A stretch of DNA of 64,000 bases from Candidatus Wolframiiraptor gerlachensis (GTDB lineage Archaea; Thermoproteota; Nitrososphaeria_A; Caldarchaeales; Wolframiiraptoraceae): positions 32,001-96,000 of the forward strand of contig JAJPCT020000017.1 of the NCBI GenBank assembly GCA_021323375.2. Direction: 5' to 3'. Positions 1-9,181 of this stretch are shown one piece after another. Each line of letters starts with the position of its first letter. Position 1 is the stretch's first letter. Below the pieces are notes generated by a model that was given only the letters and a program-made list of their open reading frames with translations, was not told the DNA's origin and did no database searches. A program made the position numbers and the translations under genes.

Positions 1-104
1 CCCTCCAAGGGTATGCTAATCGCGGAGACATCCAGCTGCTCAGCCTGCTCAATAAGCCTCAAATCCCAATCATTTTGAGCAAAACTCTCCTCATCAAACT
101 CCAT
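1..104 (-). CDS. 5' part of an unidentified gene running off the left edge (MEFDEESFAQNDWDLRLIEQAEQLDVSAISIPLE...)
   Basis: Open frame from ATG at 104 to the window edge, divergent from the 281 gene; too short to identify. Confidence 0.4.
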   Translation of the reverse strand, partial: MEFDEESFAQNDWDLRLIEQAEQLDVSAISIPLE

Positions 105-280
105 CGAGTAGGCCCCGTTGACAAGACCTAGGCTTCTCCGCCCTACCTCTAGGAAAGGCTTAAAGATTATCTCGAAATCGTTTAATCTGGGTTGGGCGAG
201 TTGGCTCATGTCCCTGGTCTCCCCGATTTTATTGGTCTTCCTGTGCTTATAAATGTTGCTCAACTTGAGCAAGATGGGAA

Positions 281-712
281 ATGAGCGGGAAGGACAAAAT
301 CAAGGTCGAGATCATGATAGGCCCCGCCACCGTTAGGGTTGAGGCTCCACCCGACCAGATAGAGGAGGCTGTGAGAAACGCCGTTACCGCCCTTAGATCG
401 GCTTTACCCGAGCTTGGGGCTGAGGCCTCACTTAGCGGGCCTGCTATGGCCAAGCCTGAGAAAGCTCGGCGGAAGCCAGCGCCGACATGCTCCGAGCTTA
501 TAAGGGGGCTTATAGAGGAGGGCTGGTTCGATCAGCCCAGAACGTTATCCGAGGTTGTTCAGGAGCTGGCTAAGAGGGGCTATCATTATGACTCGACCGC
601 GGTTGCGCACAGCCTGCTAGATCTCGTGAGGGAGAGGGCGCTTGTGAGGGAGGGCATTCCAAGGCGCTATGTCTATCGTAGGCCTCCGCCCGCCGCCTGG
701 GAAGGAGGATGA
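281..712 (+). CDS. Winged-helix DNA-binding protein with N-terminal beta-hairpin/helix module (paralog A)
   Basis: C-terminal LIEEGWFDQPRTLSEVVQEL...LLDLVRERALVR is wHTH-like; N-terminal KIKVEIMIGPATVRVEAPPDQIE is shared with the three neighbours. Confidence 0.7.
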   Translation: MSGKDKIKVEIMIGPATVRVEAPPDQIEEAVRNAVTALRSALPELGAEASLSGPAMAKPEKARRKPAPTCSELIRGLIEEGWFDQPRTLSEVVQELAKRGYHYDSTAVAHSLLDLVRERALVREGIPRRYVYRRPPPAAWEGG

Positions 713-713
713 A

Positions 714-1232
714 CTAGCCCTGCTCCACCTCTCCCGCCAAGCCCTTCTTCGAGAACTTGTCGGCAAGATACTTTACTCCCAGGGGGGTTATGGTATAGTC
801 TCCGCGATCAAGCCTCCTGAGGAGCTCTAGTTGAACAAGCTTCGTGAGATTATTCATTATTGTCTTCTTCTTTGCTGGTAGAACTGCCTCAAGCTCTCCG
901 GGGCTTATATTTGGCGCCTCGATCCTCCCCAGCTTATGCTCCAAGTATTTCCTCAGGGCTAGTAGGAGGATTTGATCGGAAACTGATTTCAGCTGGCTTA
1001 GGCTGATCTTGAGGAAGAGGCCCTCCTGCGCATCATATACGAAGACTTCGCTAAAAGCCTCCAAGAGATCTTTCAAGTCCATGTTGAATGCGATCTTCCT
1101 AGCAAGCGAGTACGCTGGCAGAGTCTTCTCTATAAATGCTATGATCTGGCGGTAGACCGCCTCCGGCGGCCCCGAGAAGCTCATCTCAAGATCACCATAT
1201 CTTATTGTTACCTTAAGCTCCTCCATGCTCAT
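714..1232 (-). CDS. Winged-helix protein (paralog B)
   Basis: N-term LKVTIRYGDLEMSFSGPPEAV; C-term ISPGEL...TIMNNLTKLVQLELL...GDYTITPLG wHTH. Confidence 0.7.
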   Translation of the reverse strand: MSMEELKVTIRYGDLEMSFSGPPEAVYRQIIAFIEKTLPAYSLARKIAFNMDLKDLLEAFSEVFVYDAQEGLFLKISLSQLKSVSDQILLLALRKYLEHKLGRIEAPNISPGELEAVLPAKKKTIMNNLTKLVQLELLRRLDRGDYTITPLGVKYLADKFSKKGLAGEVEQG

Positions 1233-1699
1233 GCCTCCTCACCAAATAGCTCGTTAATGGAGCCTGATGTGAATGAATATAATCCTTCATTGGTCTTGGC
1301 GACGAGCCCTGCTTTTCTCAGCTCACTCAGCCTCGCTCTGGCAACCCGCTCATCGAGGCCTGTGCAGACCGCTATCTCCTTGGGCGTGAGATGCTCCTTC
1401 TCGAAGAGACCGAGCCTCCTCCCGACATAGGCCGCTGCTAGGCAAAGGAGTATCCTCCTCTTGGCATCCCTCTCCTTCATGATTATTATCCTGCCATCCC
1501 TGAATTCGACAAGGCCCTCGAGCTTCCTCGCGAGACCTGTCAAGTCCACGGCTCCGGTAAGCTTCTTGGCAACCTCGAGCGCTGGATAAGTCTCGGAGAA
1601 GAACTTGTTCACGCTCCTCCAAACTTCCTCATAGCCTCCCTCGAACTCCACCTCAGTCTCGCCGCACTTGATCACGACCTTAACCCTCTCAGAGCTCAT
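1229..1699 (-). CDS. Winged-helix protein (paralog C)
   Basis: N-term VKVVIKCGETEVEFEGGYEEV; C-term LTPKEIAVCTGLDERVARARLSELRKAGLV wHTH; 4-nt overlaps with both neighbours. Confidence 0.75.
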   Translation of the reverse strand: MSSERVKVVIKCGETEVEFEGGYEEVWRSVNKFFSETYPALEVAKKLTGAVDLTGLARKLEGLVEFRDGRIIIMKERDAKRRILLCLAAAYVGRRLGLFEKEHLTPKEIAVCTGLDERVARARLSELRKAGLVAKTNEGLYSFTSGSINELFGEEA

Positions 1700-2187
1700 C
1701 CCCCGCCACCTCCCCCGCTCATGAGCTTCTCAACATATTCAATCCCCTTTCTCAATATCCGGAAGACCTTGCGATCATTCTGCTTCCCAGCATCCTCCAT
1801 GTAGCCCTCGCGGATCAGATGAGACATTACATCCCAGACATTCTTCGGCATGGGCCATCTAGCCTGAGCATAATACTTCTCAACATCCTCGTATGTCAGA
1901 TCCCTCCCTTCCTGCCTGTAGAGGTAGTAGGCTATTGTCAGAAACTTCTCCCAGTTCTTCTCGGGATTCACGTGGCTCGCGAACTCAACGAAGGATGAGA
2001 AGCTCGCGGTTGTCATGACCGCCAGCTGCTGAGGCGCCTTAACCGTCTCCTGCCTTCCAAGGCCTCCAAGCCTCTCGAGAAGCGCGTCGATCCAGCTTAG
2101 ATCCGCGAACCTGGCTTCAAGGAACTCCCTGTCTCCCTCGAGTTCCAGCTCCAGCCCCCCAACCTTTACCCTAAGCCTGTATGTCAT
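1696..2187 (-). CDS. Winged-helix protein (paralog D)
   Basis: N-term LRVKVGGLELELEGDREFLE; C-term IAYYLY...LTYEDVEKYY...LIREGYM...FRILRKGIEYVE wHTH. Confidence 0.7.
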   Translation of the reverse strand: MTYRLRVKVGGLELELEGDREFLEARFADLSWIDALLERLGGLGRQETVKAPQQLAVMTTASFSSFVEFASHVNPEKNWEKFLTIAYYLYRQEGRDLTYEDVEKYYAQARWPMPKNVWDVMSHLIREGYMEDAGKQNDRKVFRILRKGIEYVEKLMSGGGGGG

Positions 2188-2303
2188 CTGTGCCTCAAGG
2201 AAAATTGTTCCCTTATCAGGCTATTAAGGCTTAGGGACCCGGTCGAAAATGAGGTTTCATGAATGTTCTTGGGCACGTTTAAGGCACCGGTCATACGTGG
2301 ATT

Positions 2304-4220
2304 CTAGGGATATGTTTGGCCGGTTTGGCCATACACTGCTTGGGAGACGAGCTGATATAGCTTTCCCCCGTCAAACCTCCCGCGATAAGTCTTCATGAGC
2401 TCGCCCATGATCACGGAGATCGCCTTCCCGGGGTTCGATCTGACGAGGTCTCGATTAGCCTCCACGAGCTCAGCGATCCGGGCTCTAATTTCCTCAAGGC
2501 TGGCGGCTCTTAATCCCAAGGCATTTATCGCATCATCCAAGTTCTTGCCGGGATTCTGGGCGAGCCATTTAATGATCTCGGGAGCAGCCTCCTTCGCCAG
2601 CTCCCCCCTCACCACACGCCTAAAGAACTCGAGGAGATCCTCCTCCCTGATCTTCTCTACTTCATAGCCCTCGCGCCTTAGGCTCTTCATGTGCTCCACG
2701 AGTATCGAGGCCGCTATGCTGGGCTGGACGCCCGTCTCCCCAACTACTCTCTCGAAGAGCTCAACCTTCTCCGAGTCTATCAGCTCATCAGCAATCTGCC
2801 TGCTTACCCCATATCTCCTCGAGATCCACTCGGCGACCTCGTCGAGGCTTGGTGGAAGCCGGCGCCTAACCTCCTCAACATATTCTCTTGGTAGTGGGAG
2901 TGGCGGGATATCGGTCTCAGGATACATTCTAGCAGCCCCGGGCCTCGGCCTCAAGTATATCGTGGTTCCATCCGGCTTTGCTCCACGAGTCTCTGATGGC
3001 ACGCCGTGAAGAGCCTCGATCGCCCTCTCCCTAACCTTCTCAAGCGCATCCTCAGCCCTCTCCCGCTCAGCCGCGACTATGACGACCGCGTCGAGGTCGC
3101 CGGCCCCAACCTCCTCCCTCAACCTCGCAATCTCCTCCTCTGAGATCCCATAGCCGGGCAGCTCATCGGTATGAAATATCCCCTCGACATCAGACCATGC
3201 TCTAGCCCTTCCCGCGAGCTCTGCTCCAAGCCTTATCCCCGGAGCCGCCTCCAGCCCCAGAAGACCTCTAAATCCCCTAAGCTTCAGCGCCAGAACAACG
3301 CCGCCCGCCTCAATCTTCCTCCGAAGAATCTTGGATGAGGTCTTCGCGAATATTTGTGTAACATCCCTTATCGGCTCCCGCCTAAGATCATCCTCAGACA
3401 CTCCCCTATTTCTCAATTCATCCCTTATCTTGAGGAGGTGGAGTTGTCTAACTACCTCGAGTTCGATGACCTTTGGCAGAAGGTCTAGCTCCTGGACTCC
3501 CTTAATCTCGACGAGGGCTCCACCTGTTATCGAGATGTTTAGATCCTGCCTGACGGTTCCTATTCCTCTCTTGACCCTTCGCGTTGCCCTGAGTATCCTT
3601 CCTATGGCATATGCGACCTTATACGCCTCCTCCGGCGAGTTTATCACCGGCGCTGTCGAGACCTCGATCAAGGGTATCCCGAGCCTCGAGAGATCATAAT
3701 GCACCTCATGCGGCTTCTGTTCGATTATCCGGGCTGCATCCTCCTCGAGTGTTATCGTCTGTATTGGAATCTTCTTCCCATTAACCTCAATCTCCCCTCC
3801 CAATGCTATCACACATGTCCTCTGGAACCCGGTAGTATTCGACCCATCTATGACTATCTTTCTCATTATGTGGATCTCATCTACTGGCCTCGCCTTCATC
3901 ATGAGTGCTGCTGTGAGCGCTATCTCAACCGCCTCCCTATTCAGATCATGCGGCGGCTCCTCATCAAGCTCCACGAGACACGTGTTCTCTGTGTTCGCGT
4001 GATAGACTATCATCCTCCGCTTCCGGGACTCGAAGAGGGCTGCTGGATCAACCTCTCCGAGCTCGCTCTGGGCCTCCCTCAGCCACCTGATGAAGACTAT
4101 CTCCCTGCCACCCTCCCTCGGCGTCGTTGGGCAGTCGCAGAATAGCTTATGCCGCGTATCAAGCTGTCTATGGATCTCCAAGCCAACCTTCAGGCCGATC
4201 TCCCTATAGTCGATCTTCAT
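2304..4220 (-). CDS. gatE: Glu-tRNA(Gln) amidotransferase subunit E
   Basis: GLKVGLEIHRQL, KLFC, RKIVIDGSNTTGFQRT, GIGTVRQDLNISI, RPRPGAARMYPETDIP motifs. Confidence 0.97.
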   Translation of the reverse strand: MKIDYREIGLKVGLEIHRQLDTRHKLFCDCPTTPREGGREIVFIRWLREAQSELGEVDPAALFESRKRRMIVYHANTENTCLVELDEEPPHDLNREAVEIALTAALMMKARPVDEIHIMRKIVIDGSNTTGFQRTCVIALGGEIEVNGKKIPIQTITLEEDAARIIEQKPHEVHYDLSRLGIPLIEVSTAPVINSPEEAYKVAYAIGRILRATRRVKRGIGTVRQDLNISITGGALVEIKGVQELDLLPKVIELEVVRQLHLLKIRDELRNRGVSEDDLRREPIRDVTQIFAKTSSKILRRKIEAGGVVLALKLRGFRGLLGLEAAPGIRLGAELAGRARAWSDVEGIFHTDELPGYGISEEEIARLREEVGAGDLDAVVIVAAERERAEDALEKVRERAIEALHGVPSETRGAKPDGTTIYLRPRPGAARMYPETDIPPLPLPREYVEEVRRRLPPSLDEVAEWISRRYGVSRQIADELIDSEKVELFERVVGETGVQPSIAASILVEHMKSLRREGYEVEKIREEDLLEFFRRVVRGELAKEAAPEIIKWLAQNPGKNLDDAINALGLRAASLEEIRARIAELVEANRDLVRSNPGKAISVIMGELMKTYRGRFDGGKLYQLVSQAVYGQTGQTYP

Positions 4221-5560
4221 GGTGCAACCACCTCCCGGATCGAGGGCATGCTCCTCTCGCCCATCTCGCCCGCAATAGGCGTCAGCATGAGCTTCTTCAC
4301 CTCCTCCAAGTCACGTGCTCTAGCAAGACACCATGATAGCTTCACATAAGCGGTCTCGGGGAGCATGTCATCGAGCGGCACGACGCCAGCCTTAAGCAAG
4401 TATCTCCCCGTATCATAGACCCTCATGTTTATCCTACCGAAGATGCATTGCGATGTCATACCTATGAAGACACCTTCATCTACAAGTCTTCTTATCGTTG
4501 GGATTAGCTTGTTGGCGACGTGGCCTAGGCCCGTCCCCTCCAGTATAATCCCCCTAATTCCGAGATCGTGGACTGCTTCTAGGATCTCGGGCGGCATCCC
4601 CGGGTAGAACTTGATGAGAGCAGCATCCTTCGAGAATCCTGGCTCAAACCTATAGTCTCCCGAGCCGCGCGGGTTCAGGTTCCTTGCATTGATCTTTATC
4701 TCGCCCCCTGAGACATATGCTATTGGCTCTGAGTTCACAGATTTGAATGCATCCCTGCTGCTCGTGTGGAGCTTTCTCACCCTCGTTCCCCTATGGATCG
4801 CTATCACAGTGTCGGAGTGCCATGCGTGCATCGAGACGCAGACCTCCGCGAATGGCGCGTGGCCAGCGATCCTGACAGCCGCGATAAGATTTGTTGCTGC
4901 ATCGCTTGAGGGCCTATCAGAGGATCTCTGAGCGCCAACGAAGACCACTGGAACCGGGGGCTTCTGGAGCGCGAAGCTTAGTGCCGCGGCCGAGTATCCC
5001 ATGGTATCGGTTCCATGCGCTATCACCACGCCCTCAACGCCTCCCCTGATCAGCTTATCAACCTCAGCCGCCATCATGTTCCAGTGATCCGGCGTCATAT
5101 CCTCGCTATATATCGAGAACAGGATCCTTGCATCAAGATCCGCGATATCGGCGAGCTCGGGGACTATTGAGAGCAGATCCTCGGCGGTGAGCGCCGCCCT
5201 AACACCGCCAGTCCTATAATCTATCCTGCTGGCTATAGTGCCGCCTGTGCTCACTATCACGACTTTGGGTAGTCCCGGCTTCTGCGGCGGTCGCGGGGGC
5301 GGGATGAACCTCGGCTTAGCCGCTCGGGCCACCCTCCTGATCGAGGTAATACTAGAGGCATTTATCCCAATATTATATCCGTTCGGGAGCTTTATGACTA
5401 TGTATCCGGGATCCGCGAGCTCGTATCTCGACATTAATATCCCGCGGTAAACCTCATCTCCCGCCTGGATCTCCACCTCGTCTCCAACCTCTACGCCGGC
5501 CCTCTCTAGGAGGGCTCGAACCTCGCCATGGTATCCTTGTAGAGCATCTTGATCGCTCAA
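4217..5560 (-). CDS. gatD: Glu-tRNA(Gln) amidotransferase subunit D (asparaginase-like)
   Basis: STGGTIASRIDYRTG, HGTDTMGY, GAQRSSDRPSSD; overlaps gatE. Confidence 0.97.
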   Translation of the reverse strand: MSDQDALQGYHGEVRALLERAGVEVGDEVEIQAGDEVYRGILMSRYELADPGYIVIKLPNGYNIGINASSITSIRRVARAAKPRFIPPPRPPQKPGLPKVVIVSTGGTIASRIDYRTGGVRAALTAEDLLSIVPELADIADLDARILFSIYSEDMTPDHWNMMAAEVDKLIRGGVEGVVIAHGTDTMGYSAAALSFALQKPPVPVVFVGAQRSSDRPSSDAATNLIAAVRIAGHAPFAEVCVSMHAWHSDTVIAIHRGTRVRKLHTSSRDAFKSVNSEPIAYVSGGEIKINARNLNPRGSGDYRFEPGFSKDAALIKFYPGMPPEILEAVHDLGIRGIILEGTGLGHVANKLIPTIRRLVDEGVFIGMTSQCIFGRINMRVYDTGRYLLKAGVVPLDDMLPETAYVKLSWCLARARDLEEVKKLMLTPIAGEMGERSMPSIREVVAP

Positions 5561-5601
5561 TTTCCCGCCGCTTTTCAGGGTTTCCCGCGATTAAACTTTT
5601 T

Positions 5602-6831
5602 ATGCGATCAATTTCTGTCTCATTTTTAAAAATGGTGGGGTATAAGGTTCCTAGGAGACTTCATGGAATAGAGGCTGAGGCCGCCTTCTCGGTCCTAGCC
5701 GCGGCCAAGAAGGTCGAGGCCACGGGGAGGAAGGTCGCCCATCTAGAGATCGGCGACGCAGGCTATGATACCCCGGAGCATATCAAGGAGGCGGCGATAA
5801 GGGCTTTGAAAGAGGGAAAGACCCATTATACGCCGACGACCGGGATCCCTGAGCTGAGGCAAGCGATAGCTGAGAGCGTGAAAAGGGATTACGGCGTCGA
5901 GATAGACTGGGAGAAGAATGTGGTCGTGGCTAATGGATGCAAGCAAGCGATCCTCGCATCAATGCTCTCCATACTTGAGGAGAGTGATGAGGTCCTTTAC
6001 CCGAATCCCGGATACCCGGAGTATGAGGCTGCGGCCAGGTTCGCCGGGGCCAAGCCTATACCATACAGGCTCACGATAGAGGATGAGTTCAGGATTGACG
6101 TCAACAGGATCGCGGAGCTCATAACCCCTAGGACGAAGCTTGTCGTGATCAATACGCCGCATAATCCATGCGGTTCCATAATACAGAAGGATGATGTCAA
6201 GGCGCTCGTGGACCTCTCGGAGGATCATGGTTTCTACATACTCTCCGACGAGATCTATAGGCCATTCCTCTATAATGGCGAGGAACATCATTCACCGCTC
6301 TCGATCAAGAAATCCCTAGATAGGCTGATAATAGCGGATGGATTCTCCAAGAGATATGCGATGACGGGATGGAGGATCGGATACGCGCTCATACCGGAGG
6401 AGCTGATGACGACCGTGTTCAAGCTGCTGAACGTGATGACATCATGCCCGAGCTCTATATCCCAGTGGGCTGCCCTCGCAGCCCTCACAGGGCCCCAAGA
6501 GCCCGTATATGAGATGAAGAGGGGCTATGAGCGAAGGAGGGATATCGCGGTTAAGCTGCTCTCGGAGATTGAGGGGATAAGGTTCGCGAAGGCGAAGGGA
6601 GCATTCTATATAATGATAGATGTCAGCAAGCTCCTCAACAAGCTGAAAATGGACACGGAGAGGTTCGTGATGATGCTGATAGAGAAGTATGGCGTCGCCT
6701 TCCTACATGGAACCGCCCTAGGATCCTATGGCGATGGATATGTCAGGATGAGCTTCTCCATCTCGGAGGATCACATAATCAACGGGCTCGAGAAGTTTAA
6801 GTGGGCGGCCAGCGAGATACTCAGCTCCTAA
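5602..6831 (+). CDS. PLP-dependent class I/II aminotransferase (aspartate aminotransferase-like); likely start ATG 5632
   Basis: INTPHNPCG, ILSDEIY, GFSKRYAMTGWRIGY. Confidence 0.9.
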   Translation: MRSISVSFLKMVGYKVPRRLHGIEAEAAFSVLAAAKKVEATGRKVAHLEIGDAGYDTPEHIKEAAIRALKEGKTHYTPTTGIPELRQAIAESVKRDYGVEIDWEKNVVVANGCKQAILASMLSILEESDEVLYPNPGYPEYEAAARFAGAKPIPYRLTIEDEFRIDVNRIAELITPRTKLVVINTPHNPCGSIIQKDDVKALVDLSEDHGFYILSDEIYRPFLYNGEEHHSPLSIKKSLDRLIIADGFSKRYAMTGWRIGYALIPEELMTTVFKLLNVMTSCPSSISQWAALAALTGPQEPVYEMKRGYERRRDIAVKLLSEIEGIRFAKAKGAFYIMIDVSKLLNKLKMDTERFVMMLIEKYGVAFLHGTALGSYGDGYVRMSFSISEDHIINGLEKFKWAASEILSS

Positions 6832-7510
6832 CCCCCTCGAAGACTAAGAGCCTCCAACAAGGCCTCCAACATGAATCATATACATAATCCGCATCTGGAA
6901 GATTTGAGAGATAGTCTAGCAGCTTGATGAGCCTTTTTCCAAACGGATGCACTAGATAGTCGAGCACCCTAACCTTGAACCCGGAGTCTATCATCAGCCT
7001 ATAAGTCCTCCCTATTCCGACGAGTGAGATCACTGGGATTATTAGTCGGCCGCCGCTCTTCAGGTGGCTTGGCGCTCCTCGGATAACCTCGTCAAGGACT
7101 TCCCTGCCATTAGGTCCTCCCCATGTATAGCGTGGTAGGGGATTCCTTGAGGGCGTCATCGGCGGGTTCGAGATTATGAGGTCGAAGGCCTCACCTCTAA
7201 CCGGCTCATAAAGGGAGCCCAGCCTGAAATCCACGTTATCCACGGAGTTTAGCATCGCGTTTATCTTAGCTGCTTTAAGAGCTCTAGGTGAGATGTCCGT
7301 GGCGACGACCTCGCCGGCGCCGAGCTTTGATGCGAAGATTGCTAGGAAGCCCGAGCCAGTCCCGAGATCTAGCACCCTAGACCCCCTCTCCATATGCAGG
7401 TTCTTGGCGAGGCAGAGCGTCGCGGCCGACGGCATATACACTCTACGATCAATCATTATTCTTATTGTCTCGGAACCTATCCTGTATTTGATCACCCTTC
7501 TCCCGCTCAT
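6821..7510 (-). CDS. HemK/PrmC-like class I SAM-dependent methyltransferase
   Basis: VLDLGTGSG motif I and NPPM motif IV. Confidence 0.8.
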   Translation of the reverse strand: MSGRRVIKYRIGSETIRIMIDRRVYMPSAATLCLAKNLHMERGSRVLDLGTGSGFLAIFASKLGAGEVVATDISPRALKAAKINAMLNSVDNVDFRLGSLYEPVRGEAFDLIISNPPMTPSRNPLPRYTWGGPNGREVLDEVIRGAPSHLKSGGRLIIPVISLVGIGRTYRLMIDSGFKVRVLDYLVHPFGKRLIKLLDYLSNLPDADYVYDSCWRPCWRLLVFEGVRS

Positions 7511-9111
7511 CTCCCAGCCAGCCGCATTATCTTCTCCCGGAACTCTGATGGATTTCGTGGAAGTATAAGGGGTGCTAGGACCCTCGCGTATTTCGGGTCC
7601 ATCGCCTCCTCGACGACCTTGATGTTCCCGACTTCTGCGTATCCCTCGATCACGCCGGAGAAGAAGAGGTCCTCCTGCTCGGGCTTCAGATATCTAGCCG
7701 AGTAGTAGAGTAGCTCGGCCAGATCCCATGCATACGAATCGTCATAGGAGCATTGCTCTAGGTCGACGATGTAGATCCTGCTATCGGCCGCAAAGATGAA
7801 GCTTGATGGATTGCAGTCTCCGAGGCATATGCCGTTCTCGTGGAGCCTGGCGAGGAGCGCACCGATCTCCCGGCCACGCGTTGCAAGAGCCTCATCGAGA
7901 GAACTCCTTAGAACTCTTGCTAGGTCAATTCCTTCAATGAATTTCTGGAACAATATTCTCCCAGACCAGTTCACGTGTAGTATCTCGGCGGTGTTGAAGC
8001 CGAGCTCCATAAGCTTGTTCACGAAGTATATCTCGTTGCCCATCCTGATGGAGGCGAGGAGGGAGAAGTTCTTTACACCGATGGCCCATAGCCAGGCTGC
8101 TACCCACTTGAAATCTGTCCAATTGAGATATTTCTTCGCGAAGATTCTCATCCGAGAGCCATCCGTCGGGAACTCGATTATGTAGGCAGAGTTAAGGGCG
8201 CTCGCCGCCCTCCTGATCCTGATCTTCTCGGGCTCAACACCATAGAATGTCTCGACGAAGTCCCTAAGACCTAGCTCCACGTAGAGGGGCTGGGGGCCTA
8301 ACCCCGTCTCCCTCTCAACATATCTCGATGGCTCCGGGAGCTTCACGGGCCTAAGGATCATCGGGTCGAGTGTAAGCCCCCTAAGAGGCTCTATAGGCGA
8401 TGATAGGCTTGCACTGAGATATAGCTTGAAGGAATGCTCCAGCTCTCTCGAGATCTTCAGGAATGCCGATGACTTGGACAATGTTGAGAGCACATATTCC
8501 TCGCTTGGCGAGTAGCGCTCACCCCTTCTCACTAGGATGCCTTGGGAGACGAGATCACCTAGGGCTCGCTCAAATCCGGGGAGGACAAGCTTAAGAGACC
8601 CGGACAAGTGATCATGAAAGCAGGATTTCACAAGCCTTCTAACCGGTAGATGGATTGCGGAGAGCTTCCTGAGCTTGTCAAAGAGGAAGTATTCCGCCCT
8701 TATCAGGAGATGGCTTGAGGCGAGCCGATAGTCGAGAATAAGGTTCTGAAGCGATTCCAAGATCACGTGCCTCTTATACTTCACCTCCGCAGCGTCTAAG
8801 GCCTGGTCTCCCAACGCGGTCTTATACGGGAAGAGTAGGAGCGATGCTATCGCCCCGCCAAGCCTCTCATCCGCGCAGTCCCCCTCAAGATTCTCCTCGC
8901 CAACCGTGATCACTAGATCTGCTTGAACACATTCCTTAATCCTCTGAAACCTCGGCGGGGCATCACCCTCCAAGACGACCAGGACGTGGTAGGGCTCATT
9001 CTCGTAACCGAGAGCTATTGCTCCATGAATGCTCACAGATTTCACGCTAGCGCTCTCGGCCCCAAGACAGCTTAACACCAGCTCAGCGACATCATTGAAT
9101 GATCCTTCCAA
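7507..9111 (-). CDS. Fusion of a degenerate nucleotidyltransferase-like N-domain and a C-terminal Bud32/RIO/Kdo-like kinase domain
   Basis: C-term IFAKKY, LHENGICLGDCNPSSF, IYIVDLEQ, WDLAELL; N-term SIHGAIALGY...YHVLVVL resembles the minimal NTase pattern without the aspartates. Confidence 0.65.
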   Translation of the reverse strand: MEGSFNDVAELVLSCLGAESASVKSVSIHGAIALGYENEPYHVLVVLEGDAPPRFQRIKECVQADLVITVGEENLEGDCADERLGGAIASLLLFPYKTALGDQALDAAEVKYKRHVILESLQNLILDYRLASSHLLIRAEYFLFDKLRKLSAIHLPVRRLVKSCFHDHLSGSLKLVLPGFERALGDLVSQGILVRRGERYSPSEEYVLSTLSKSSAFLKISRELEHSFKLYLSASLSSPIEPLRGLTLDPMILRPVKLPEPSRYVERETGLGPQPLYVELGLRDFVETFYGVEPEKIRIRRAASALNSAYIIEFPTDGSRMRIFAKKYLNWTDFKWVAAWLWAIGVKNFSLLASIRMGNEIYFVNKLMELGFNTAEILHVNWSGRILFQKFIEGIDLARVLRSSLDEALATRGREIGALLARLHENGICLGDCNPSSFIFAADSRIYIVDLEQCSYDDSYAWDLAELLYYSARYLKPEQEDLFFSGVIEGYAEVGNIKVVEEAMDPKYARVLAPLILPRNPSEFREKIMRLAGR

Positions 9112-9181
9112 CAGCTCTACTGCAAAAAGTATTCGCCTCTTACATTAATCCTCTTCGCGCAATCTTTATTTTCTCAGACTC

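Noticed and set aside
2395-5450. Many antisense ORFs over gatDE (and likewise over infB, pheS, AOR and others)
   Set aside because: Shadow ORFs on the opposite strand of well-supported genes, Ser/Leu/Pro-rich with no motifs.
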